Source: Myxococcota bacterium (GTDB taxonomy: Bacteria; Myxococcota_A; UBA9160; UBA6930). Taken from it: DNA of 64,000 nucleotides. The DNA lies in assembly GCA_965223705.1 (NCBI GenBank), contig OZ245015.1, forward strand, positions 2,816,001 to 2,880,000, read 5' to 3'. The notes under the pieces are model-generated. The model was given only the letters and a program-made list of their open reading frames with translations. It did not search any database and was not told the origin of the DNA. Position numbers and translations under genes: made by a program. Shown here in pieces: positions 55,972 through 64,000 of the stretch (position 1 is its first letter; each line of letters opens with the position of its first letter).

Positions 55972-57557
55972 CGGCCGAGATCCAGAAGCCGCACGTCGAT
56001 CGTCGCCGGCAGATCCCTCAGACGCCGCATGGCTTCCGCGCTGGGGGCGGGTTCGACGTTGACCAGCATCGCGGCCTCACCCCGTTCCGAGATCAGCGCG
56101 AGCTGCATGCGAGAAATGTTCACGCCTTCGTCGCCAAGGAGGCTTCCGACCACTCCGACAACGCCCGGCTGATCGTGATTGTGCAGCAGAATCGTCGGTC
56201 CCTCGGGAATCGCTTCGAGCATGAAGTCGTCGATGCGAACGATTCGCGGTTGTCCGCTGTGGAAGACCGCACCGGCGATCAAGCGGATGCGGTCGCCGCT
56301 TCGCACGCGCGTGGTGATCACACTGGCGAAATCGTCGCTGCGGCTCGACTTCGACTCGACAATGCGAATCCCGCGCTCCGCGGCGAGAACCGGCGCGTTG
56401 ACCATGTTCACGCCTTCGTTGACCGGCTCGAGGAGTCCCTTCACCACCGCCACGCTGATGGGCTCCACCTGGAACTCCGCGACTTCACCGGCGTATTCGA
56501 TCTCGATTTCGTCGACGGGTCCCCCCGCGAGCTGGCCCTGAAAGCTCCCGAGCTTCTCCGCCAATCGGATGTAGGGGCCGACGCGTTCCATGAGCTCCGG
56601 CGACAGCGACGGGACATTGACCGCGTTCCGCACGACCCCGTCCTTCAAGTAATCCCGCACCTGCTCCGCCACCGCGATCGCGACGTTCAGTTGCGCCTGC
56701 CCTGTCGAGGCGCCCAGATGCGGCGTGCAGATCACCCGGTCGTGCCCGATCAGCGGGTGATCGGCCGGCGGCGGTTCCTGCTCAAAGACGTCGAGCGCGG
56801 CGCCTCCGACCTGCCCCGATTCGAGCGCGTCGAAGAGCGCCGTCTCGTCGACGATGCCACCGCGCGCCGCGTTGACGATCAACACGCCGGGTTTCATCCG
56901 CGCGAAGGCCGCCGCGTCGAGGAGACCCGTCGTATCTTTCGTGCGCGGCACATGAACGGTCAGCGCGTCGGAACGACGGAACACTTCCTCGAGAGAAGCG
57001 ATCTCGATATCGAGTTTGTTCGCGACTTCCGGCGGAATAAACGGGTCGTACGCCAGCACCTGCATCCCGAGGCCCTGAGCGCGACTCGCCACGACGCGGC
57101 CGATGTTGCCGAGGCCCAGTACGCCAAGTGTGCGGTGGTAGAGCTCGAGCCCTTGGAAACGGCTCTTGTCCCATTGACCGGCTTTCATCGACGCCGTCGC
57201 TTGCGGGATATGACGTGCTAGCGATACGAGCAGCGCCAGCGCGTGCTCACCGGTCGTGATGTTGTTGCCTTCCGGGGTGTTCACGACCACGATGCCGCGT
57301 TCGGTCGCCGCGGCGACGTCCACGTTGTCGACGCCGATTCCCGCGCGCCCGATGATGCGAAGCTCGGCCGCGGCCTCGATGACTTCCGCCGTGACTTTCG
57401 TTCCGCTGCGAATCACCAGACCGTGTGCGTCTCGGATCGCCTCGAGGAGATCTCCAGGCGAAAGGCCCGGCGAATTCACCACCTCGAGCTGCTCGGCATC
57501 CTCGAGGATCGACAGGCCTTCCTCGGCCAAGCGGTCGGTCACGAGTACTTTCGGCAA
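55968..57557 (-). CDS. serA: D-3-phosphoglycerate dehydrogenase (with ASB and ACT domains)
   Basis: RAGIGVDNVD, GLGNIG, NAARGG, PHLGAST, C-terminal DQPG...NIS ACT domain; TTG start at 57557. Confidence 0.95.
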   Translation of the reverse strand: MPKVLVTDRLAEEGLSILEDAEQLEVVNSPGLSPGDLLEAIRDAHGLVIRSGTKVTAEVIEAAAELRIIGRAGIGVDNVDVAAATERGIVVVNTPEGNNITTGEHALALLVSLARHIPQATASMKAGQWDKSRFQGLELYHRTLGVLGLGNIGRVVASRAQGLGMQVLAYDPFIPPEVANKLDIEIASLEEVFRRSDALTVHVPRTKDTTGLLDAAAFARMKPGVLIVNAARGGIVDETALFDALESGQVGGAALDVFEQEPPPADHPLIGHDRVICTPHLGASTGQAQLNVAIAVAEQVRDYLKDGVVRNAVNVPSLSPELMERVGPYIRLAEKLGSFQGQLAGGPVDEIEIEYAGEVAEFQVEPISVAVVKGLLEPVNEGVNMVNAPVLAAERGIRIVESKSSRSDDFASVITTRVRSGDRIRLIAGAVFHSGQPRIVRIDDFMLEAIPEGPTILLHNHDQPGVVGVVGSLLGDEGVNISRMQLALISERGEAAMLVNVEPAPSAEAMRRLRDLPATIDVRLLDLGR

Positions 57558-57750
57558 AACGCGCTCCCCATCGTGCGCCGCGTCTGCGCGACCCGTTTCG
57601 GCAGCGGGGGGCCGCTTCGTTTCGGTGGTCCGGGTCGGCGCGACCCGGCCGAGGAGGCTCGCCGACCCCCGCCGGCGTGTCAAACACACGGCCGGGAATC
57701 GACGTCGCTTCACCGTCGGAGAGCCTACCTCCGCTACGCTTTACCGCCTG

Positions 57751-59031
57751 GTGAAGCGGGGAACCTTTCGAGATCCGTATCCGATCGAAACCCGGGGCCC
57801 GCTCTCGGCCGCCGTCCGTCCGCCGGGCTCTCGCAGCGTGACCAACCGCGCCCTGCTGTGTGCGGCGCTGGCGCCGGGTGTCTCGGAAGTGATCGGAGCG
57901 GGCGAAAACGACGATACCGACGCCATGCGTCGAGGGCTGCGCACGCTCGGAGCGAAGATTCAAGAGCTCGGGGACGGCTGGCGGGTCGAGGGATGCGGCG
58001 GCGTCTTTCCGGCTCGCGATGTCCGTCTGGACGTGGGCGCCTCGGGAACGACGGCGCGCTTCTTGACGGCCGCAGCAAGCCTCGCGAGCGGACGCGTGCT
58101 CCTCGACGGCAGCCCGCGGATGCGCGAGCGGCCGATCGCGGACTTGATCGATGCGATGCACGCCCTCGGGGCTGAGGCGCACATCGAAGGCATGGGCGGC
58201 TGTCCGCCGGTGCGAATCGATGGCGGCGGCCTGCCCGGCGGCACGGCACGAATCGACGCCAGCCGATCGAGTCAGTACGTCTCGGGCGTGCTGCTCGCGG
58301 CACCCTGCGCCGGCCGCGACGTGGAGCTGATTTTCAAGGACGGCAAAGTGGTTTCCTGGCCGTTTCTCGAATTGACGGCGCAGGTCATGACGGCCTTCGG
58401 CGCCAACCCGGAGCTCGATAAGCGCGGCGCGCGCGTGGCCGCCCGCGGATACCGGCCGGCCCGATTCGAGGTCGAAGCGGACTCGCAGTCGGCGGTCTAT
58501 CCGTTCTGTGCGGCCGCGATCGCGGGCGGCTCGGTCCTCGTCCGGGGCATCCCCGCGGGCTCCGAGCAGACGGACCTGGCGCTCCTCGCCGTGCTCGAAC
58601 AGATGGGCTGCTCGGTAAGCCGCGAGACCGACGCCGTCCGGGTCAGCGGTCCGAGCGAGGGCCTGCGCGGCGTCGATGTCGACATGAATCACATCCCCGA
58701 CGCCGTGCTCGCCTTGGCGGTCGTCGCGCTGTTTGCGGATGGCCCGACGCAGATTCGAAACATCGCGAACCTCCGGATCAAGGAAACGGACCGACTGAGC
58801 GCGCTCGAAACCGAACTGAATCGCCTCGGTGCCCACGCCCGCGCCGACGACGACAGCCTCCGGATCGAGCCCGGTCCGTATCGCGGGGCGCTGATCGAGA
58901 CTTACGACGACCACCGCATGGCGATGTCCTTTGCGTTGGCCGGGTTGCGGATTCCGGGTATCGAAATCCGAGATCCCGCTTGCGTTTCGAAAACTTGGCC
59001 CGGTTACTTCGAGTTCTTGTCGACTCTTTAG
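57751..59031 (+). CDS. aroA: 3-phosphoshikimate 1-carboxyvinyltransferase (EPSP synthase)
   Basis: PGS.S.TNR, SGTTARF, RMRERP, SSQY, LRIKETDR, DDHRMAM, VSKTWP. Confidence 0.95.
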   Translation: MKRGTFRDPYPIETRGPLSAAVRPPGSRSVTNRALLCAALAPGVSEVIGAGENDDTDAMRRGLRTLGAKIQELGDGWRVEGCGGVFPARDVRLDVGASGTTARFLTAAASLASGRVLLDGSPRMRERPIADLIDAMHALGAEAHIEGMGGCPPVRIDGGGLPGGTARIDASRSSQYVSGVLLAAPCAGRDVELIFKDGKVVSWPFLELTAQVMTAFGANPELDKRGARVAARGYRPARFEVEADSQSAVYPFCAAAIAGGSVLVRGIPAGSEQTDLALLAVLEQMGCSVSRETDAVRVSGPSEGLRGVDVDMNHIPDAVLALAVVALFADGPTQIRNIANLRIKETDRLSALETELNRLGAHARADDDSLRIEPGPYRGALIETYDDHRMAMSFALAGLRIPGIEIRDPACVSKTWPGYFEFLSTL

Positions 59032-59042
59032 ACGGACCACCC

Positions 59043-59759
59043 GTGGAAGCTACGGCGGCACTCAAGACATCGGCGCTGACGCGAACCTTCGGTCGACGCC
59101 GCGCCCTGCGAGACATCGACCTGACGATCGAAGCGGGCGCCTTCTTCGGCATCCTCGGCGCGAATGGAGCGGGAAAGACGACGCTGCTCCATCTCACAGC
59201 CGGCTTGCTCACGCCCTCCTCGGGCGATGTCCGAGTGCTCGGCCTCGACCCCGTCCGGCACCCCGACCGTGTCCGACATCGAATCGGTTACGTGCCCGAA
59301 GAGCCCGCCCTCTACGACGAGCTCTCCATCGAGAGACTCCTCGCATTCGTCGCGGGAGCACGCGGGCTGTCTCGGAAGACGGGTCGTAACGCGGTATCGG
59401 CTCAGATCGAACGCTTCGGTCTCGAAGATCACGCCAAGCGGGCCTGTGGCGTCTTGTCCCGGGGGCTTCGGCAACGAACGGCCCTCGCGGCGGCTTTCGT
59501 CGGCGATCCGCAACTCGTCCTCCTCGACGAACCGACCACCGGGCTCGATCCCGACGCGCGCGCGGCCGTACACGAGGGACTGTTGCGAGAGGCGGGCGAC
59601 CGCACCTTCGTGCTGTGTTCCCACGACCTGCTCGAAGTGTCCGCGTTGGCGACTGAATGCGCGCTGCTTCGGCGGGGCGAAGTCGCTTCGCGCGGGCCGA
59701 CTGCGGCCGTTCTGGCGTCGGCTTCTTGGCCGACCCAAGTCGAAGGCGCTCCGGCGTGA
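59043..59759 (+). CDS. ABC transporter ATP-binding protein (GldA-like)
   Basis: GANGAGKT, LSRGLRQR, LLDEP, SH. Confidence 0.9.
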   Translation: MEATAALKTSALTRTFGRRRALRDIDLTIEAGAFFGILGANGAGKTTLLHLTAGLLTPSSGDVRVLGLDPVRHPDRVRHRIGYVPEEPALYDELSIERLLAFVAGARGLSRKTGRNAVSAQIERFGLEDHAKRACGVLSRGLRQRTALAAAFVGDPQLVLLDEPTTGLDPDARAAVHEGLLREAGDRTFVLCSHDLLEVSALATECALLRRGEVASRGPTAAVLASASWPTQVEGAPA

Positions 59760-60544
59760 GCCCCTGGCTCGCTCTACTGGCGAAGGAATTGCGCGTGACC
59801 TTCGGCGCGCCGCGCTCCTATCTCGTTCTCGCACTCTTCGCACTGACGAGCGCCCTGCTCTCCTTCGATCATCTGAAGGCCTACAACCAGCTGCTCTTTC
59901 TGCACACCTCGAGCACCCTCGGCGGTTTCGACCTGGCGACCCTGCCCGACGCGCTCAATCTCCGACAGCGCGTGTTCCTCCCCTTGCTCGACAGTCTGGC
60001 CATTGCCCTGATCGCCTTGGTGCCGCTGCTCACCATGCGGGTCTTCGCCGAGGAGCGTGCGCGGGGCACCTTCACCCTGCTCGTCATGACCGGTGCCGGT
60101 GCGTGGCGGATTCTGCTCGCGAAGTTCGCGGTGATCTTCGGCTTCGTCGGTCTCGCGGCCGGAATCGCATTCCTGTATCCGGCGGTCGCGTTGATCGCGG
60201 ATGGCGGCCCCGCGCCGGAGCTTCTGGCGAGCTTCTTCGGCCTCTGGCTGTTCGCGACCGCGCTCGCCGGCATCGGACTCGCCGCTTCGGCCAGCACGGG
60301 GAGTCAGCTCGTGGCAGCCGTGCTCACCTGGGCGACATCTTTCGCCCTGTGGGATCTCTCGTGGCTCGTCGGGCTCTTGCCCGCTGCGGGGCCATTTCTC
60401 AAGCGGCTCTCCCTGCAGGAGCACTTCGTCTACTTCGCGGACGGGTGGATTGGGACGGACGACGTCGCGTTCTTCCTCGGACTCTGTGTCGTCGGTCTCT
60501 GCGCAACGCGGCTCGCCCTCGCGACGGCGCGGGTCGCAGGATGA
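59756..60544 (+). CDS. ABC-2 type permease (GldF-like)
   Basis: KELR..F..P..Y and PLLTMRVFAEER..GT; six TM helices. Confidence 0.85.
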   Translation: MSPWLALLAKELRVTFGAPRSYLVLALFALTSALLSFDHLKAYNQLLFLHTSSTLGGFDLATLPDALNLRQRVFLPLLDSLAIALIALVPLLTMRVFAEERARGTFTLLVMTGAGAWRILLAKFAVIFGFVGLAAGIAFLYPAVALIADGGPAPELLASFFGLWLFATALAGIGLAASASTGSQLVAAVLTWATSFALWDLSWLVGLLPAAGPFLKRLSLQEHFVYFADGWIGTDDVAFFLGLCVVGLCATRLALATARVAG

Positions 60545-61977
60545 CCCGCTCGCTTTTAGCCCTAGCGCTCATCGCCTTGGCGTTCGGCCTCGGCGCCTTC
60601 TACATCTCCGGAGGACTGGGCGGCTTCGCACTCGCGCACTTGGGCATCGCCGCTGCCGCCCTCGCCGCGGCACTGATCCTCACGCTTCGGGGAGTCACGC
60701 GACACCCCTTTCGGCCCACCGTCGAGTGGTATCGAAGCTTTGTGATCTTCGCAGGAAGTCTCGCAATCTTCGCCATGATCGTCGCCCGCAGCGGTTCCGG
60801 CACGCCGCTTGTTTCGTGGGTACACGAAGACGCACACTCGCTGTCCCCCATCACCGAGAAGCTCCTCGCGAAGGCGCCTCCGTTGCGGGCCGAGTTGTTC
60901 GCGGCCGCCCGCGACCCGCGTATCCCGGCGACGCGGGCCCTGCTCCGCTCGGTCGCCGAAGCCGCGGAGCTGACGCTCGAAGAAGTCCGCACGGAGGGGG
61001 AGCCACCGAGCAACCAGGTGGTGCTGACCGTTGGCGAGTCCACCGTCGTCCTTTCGAAACCCAGCGAGGGGGCCCTGTACGAAGCGCTCGCCGCCGAGCT
61101 CGAAACCCCGGCGGGCGACGTCCTGGTGGCTACCGGTGCGGGCGAAGGCAACCTCGAGGACCGCGGGGAAAACGGCTACACGGGGCTCGGCGCCGCGATC
61201 CGCAACGCCGGTTTTCGAGCGCGGCCGTGGCAGGCCGCGCTCGGTGCGAAAATTCCCGAAGAAGCGCGGTTCGTCCTCATTCTCCGCCCCCAGAAGCCCT
61301 ATACCGCGCAGGGGATCGCCGCCCTCGATGCGTTTCTCGAGCGCGGGGGTCGGATCGCCGCGTTCCTCGACCCGGGGACTCCCGATCCCCTCCTCCGCTG
61401 GCTCGACGGGCTGGGCATCCGGGCGACCGAGAGTCCCGTGGTTGACCCCGACGCACCGCAGGCGGAAGCGGGCGTTCCGGGCACGGTGCTCTACCACTAC
61501 GGCCGTCATCCGGTAGTGCGACCCCTCGGCCCCTCCGATGCGACTTTCTTCGGTGAGAGCCTGGGATTCAAGCTCCACAAGAAGCATCGCTCCGACGAAC
61601 TCTTCGGCCTGGCCTTCACCGGAATCGGCGGTCGACCGCGCGATGACCGGGATGCTGCGGGTGACTTCGTGCCCTTGGTGGTCGCCGCCGAGCGCGAAGA
61701 CGGTGGACGCGTCGTGGTGTTCGGCGACGCAGAAATCGCGTCGAATCGTCTGTTACGAGCGGTCTACAACCTCGATCTCGTCATGAACGCGCTCGAGTGG
61801 GTCGGTGGGAATCGCGAGCGGATTTCGATCCGGCCCAAGAGCAACCGTGCAGTAGCGGGGCAACGTCCGGTCGTACTGGGCGACACCCTGGTGTCGTTCT
61901 TCGGGGCGGGGCTTCTCGTCCCGGAGCTGTTGCTCCTCGCAGCCGCGCTGCTGTGGGTCCGCAGGGGGCGGTCCTAG
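60541..61977 (+). CDS. GldG-like ABC auxiliary periplasmic component
   Basis: SLS..T..LL, G.GE, GGR....DP, GRVVVFGD, N.DLVMNALEW, ISIRPK, C-terminal TM. Confidence 0.75.
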   Translation: MTRSLLALALIALAFGLGAFYISGGLGGFALAHLGIAAAALAAALILTLRGVTRHPFRPTVEWYRSFVIFAGSLAIFAMIVARSGSGTPLVSWVHEDAHSLSPITEKLLAKAPPLRAELFAAARDPRIPATRALLRSVAEAAELTLEEVRTEGEPPSNQVVLTVGESTVVLSKPSEGALYEALAAELETPAGDVLVATGAGEGNLEDRGENGYTGLGAAIRNAGFRARPWQAALGAKIPEEARFVLILRPQKPYTAQGIAALDAFLERGGRIAAFLDPGTPDPLLRWLDGLGIRATESPVVDPDAPQAEAGVPGTVLYHYGRHPVVRPLGPSDATFFGESLGFKLHKKHRSDELFGLAFTGIGGRPRDDRDAAGDFVPLVVAAEREDGGRVVVFGDAEIASNRLLRAVYNLDLVMNALEWVGGNRERISIRPKSNRAVAGQRPVVLGDTLVSFFGAGLLVPELLLLAAALLWVRRGRS

Positions 61978-61984
61978 CGCCCGA

Positions 61985-62419
61985 CTAGCCGCCTCCGCGT
62001 GGCTTCTTGGTCGCCAGGGCAAAGCCCTGCGCCCCGGCCAGCTGCGCCTGATCCAGAACGAAAACCGCTTTCTCGAGGATGACTTCCTTGTCGCCGCGCA
62101 GGATGACCATCTTGTCTTCCGTCTCGGCCAGCGACTTTTCCAGATGCGCGCGCAGGTTCTCGAGCTTCACGAACTCTTCGTTGACCTGAACCTCTCCGTC
62201 CTTCGTGATCGTAACGCTGACGGCCTTCGGAGGCGTTTGGCTCTGCTCCGACGCTTCGGGCAGATCCACCTTCTTGCCGGTGTTGCTGATGACCGACGAC
62301 GTCACCATGAAGATGATGAGCAGCACGAGGAACACGTCGGTGAGCGGCGTGATGTTGATCTCGGCGACGATCCCGGCGCCGAGATCCTCGTCGTTGTCAG
62401 GCTGGGCTGAGATCGCCAC
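61985..62419 (-). CDS. exbD: ExbD/TolR family biopolymer transport protein
   Basis: EINITPLTDVFLVLLIIFMVT, VDLP, LRGDK. Confidence 0.9.
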   Translation of the reverse strand: MAISAQPDNDEDLGAGIVAEINITPLTDVFLVLLIIFMVTSSVISNTGKKVDLPEASEQSQTPPKAVSVTITKDGEVQVNEEFVKLENLRAHLEKSLAETEDKMVILRGDKEVILEKAVFVLDQAQLAGAQGFALATKKPRGGG

Positions 62420-63089
62420 GAGGCATCTCCCCGGTGTCCTGTCGCTGCTCGGGAGGCGTCCCTGAGCCCGACTCGACGTAAAGGAGCGCTTGTACGAACC
62501 GCTCGGCGGACCGCGAGAACGTCGAGGCGATGGACGTGATGCGCACCTGCAACCAGTTGAAGAGCGCCAATGCAATGATGGCGACGAGGAGACCCACAGC
62601 GGTCGCGATGAGCGCCTCAGCGATACCGGCGGATACGACTTCGAAGCCCGTGTCGCCCGTCACTCCGATTTCTCGAAACGCGCGCATGATGCCGACCACC
62701 GTTCCGAACAAACCGATGTAAGGCGCGAGCGAGCCGACGGTACCGATGAACCACAGACCGCGTCGCAGCTCCGTCACCATCTCGTTGCGGCCGGTCGCGA
62801 GGATCTGATTCAAATCTTCGAGCGCGATGTTTCGCCAGCGCAGCCCCTCGCCAAACACCCGCGCCATCGGCGTCCGCGACTCGTCGCAAAGCGACTGTGC
62901 GGCGGCCACCTCTCCGCGCGAGAGCGCTTCGACGAGTTTTCTCGCCAGGTCGCGGGTCTTTGCCTCGAGCCCGCGGAACCGCCACAGGCGCTCCAAGGCG
63001 ATCGTGAAGATCACCACGGAAAGCACACCCAACGGGTACGTCGTCAGTCTGCCCAGATGAAGCAGTTCGAGAAGCTCACTCGAATCCAC
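62397..63089 (-). CDS. exbB: MotA/TolQ/ExbB proton channel protein
   Basis: APYIGLFGTVVGIM, GIAEALIATAVGL. Confidence 0.9.
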   Translation of the reverse strand: MDSSELLELLHLGRLTTYPLGVLSVVIFTIALERLWRFRGLEAKTRDLARKLVEALSRGEVAAAQSLCDESRTPMARVFGEGLRWRNIALEDLNQILATGRNEMVTELRRGLWFIGTVGSLAPYIGLFGTVVGIMRAFREIGVTGDTGFEVVSAGIAEALIATAVGLLVAIIALALFNWLQVRITSIASTFSRSAERFVQALLYVESGSGTPPEQRQDTGEMPRGDLSPA

Positions 63090-63451
63090 AAGTTCTCCCT
63101 TGGCTGTGTACGCGCTCGCCGATAAGTGCCGGCGAACGGTACCGGTAAGCCTCTACCCCATCAAATACTGCGCGTCCGGCCTGTCGCGATTCGGCCCCAG
63201 CCGCGACCCGCGGGGCACCCGCGCGCAACAACGGGCTAGACCTACAAAAACTCGCCCAGTTGTCCGATATTTCAGCGCGGAAACGAACCCCCGCTCAGTG
63301 TGTGGTCATCAACGCTAAAAGATCTCACCGACCTGCCGAATTGAACCCGCTCTCGGCGGTTGGGTTCGAACGAATACGGCGCGACGTGACCACTAAGGTT
63401 TACAGGCGACGGCTCCATCCGCGGGCCGCGTAGGGAGTCGACAGCAACACG

Positions 63452-64000
63452 ATGGCAACTCCGCTCCACTATCACCGGCGTGCGAAGCGCGTCTCCCCGA
63501 TGCGCGCTCGACGCATCGGGGGTGCGGCGGCCGTCGCTGTGGGTGCGGGAGACTTTCCGGGAATCGAGATTGCCGAGCCGCAGTCCGTCCGGGGCCGTCT
63601 GATCAGTGGCAGTGTTGCGCTCGCACTGCATGGCGCCTTCATCCTGGCGCTCGTCCTCGCCGCTTGGCTGATGCCCGAGCAGGTCGAGGAACGCATCTTC
63701 GAGTTGACGCGGATTCAAGACAACGTGGCCCGGGAGGAGCCGGCCCCGGCGCCTCGCGTGATTGCGGAATCCAGCGGTCGCTTCAACCCGGCGCCGATGG
63801 CCGTTCCCGCGCAAATCCGAAGCCCCGCCGTGATTCAGCGCGCCGCACCGGTCGTCCAGGCGCGCAAGCTCGAAATGGCTTCCGTCGCGACCGTGAAAGC
63901 GCCGCGAGAAGTGCAACGCGCGGCCCGGGTGGTGGAACATGCGCGGGCGTTCCAGTCCGCGGTCCAGGTGACAACGTCTCCCCTCGAGGTCGACGCGAAC
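63452..64000 (+). CDS. TonB-like energy transducer, N-terminal part (runs off window end)
   Basis: Manual translation from ATG 63452: TM with S...ALH motif (SVALALHGAFIL), then a Pro/Ala-rich linker; divergent from exbBD. Confidence 0.6.
   Translation, partial: MATPLHYHRRAKRVSPMRARRIGGAAAVAVGAGDFPGIEIAEPQSVRGRLISGSVALALHGAFILALVLAAWLMPEQVEERIFELTRIQDNVAREEPAPAPRVIAESSGRFNPAPMAVPAQIRSPAVIQRAAPVVQARKLEMASVATVKAPREVQRAARVVEHARAFQSAVQVTTSPLEVDAN

Noticed and set aside
57256..61977. Long N-terminal extensions of aroA (591 aa) and the GldG-like ORF (937 aa)
   Set aside because: The extensions overlap serA or the ABC genes in other frames; the real starts are near 57751 and 60541.

Overview
GC-rich, densely coding bacterial chromosome segment with about 65 genes. 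The gene content (DUF4388/GAF pair, PEP-CTERM protein, DUF1329, MMPL plus LolA-like protein, GldA/F/G-like ABC system, many catabolic hydrolases and oxidoreductases) suggests a Myxococcota-like (former Deltaproteobacteria) heterotroph; this is an inference. It holds core genes (purA, serA, aroA, ald, trpB2, asnB, tRNA-Lys) and many lipid, aromatic and xenobiotic catabolic enzymes. No transposase, integrase, prophage or CRISPR array was seen. Main observations: (1) a ~500-nt ORF-poor intergenic region (53.7-54.2 kb) behind a near-consensus sigma70 promoter, folding into a nested multi-stem structure with + strand G-U bias, which matches no RNA family I recognise; (2) two 'split' ORFs that read as one GrdB/PrdB-like selenoprotein through an in-frame UGA (U-x-x-C) with a SECIS-like hairpin, in an operon with a WrbA-type flavoprotein and a DUF1329 protein; (3) an OleA/FabH-like ketosynthase paired with a catalytically dead paralog and an MMPL exporter; (4) a nitrilase-family protein lacking the catalytic Cys; (5) a recurring leaderless-mRNA signature. 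All family calls come from motif recognition by eye; no database searches were run.
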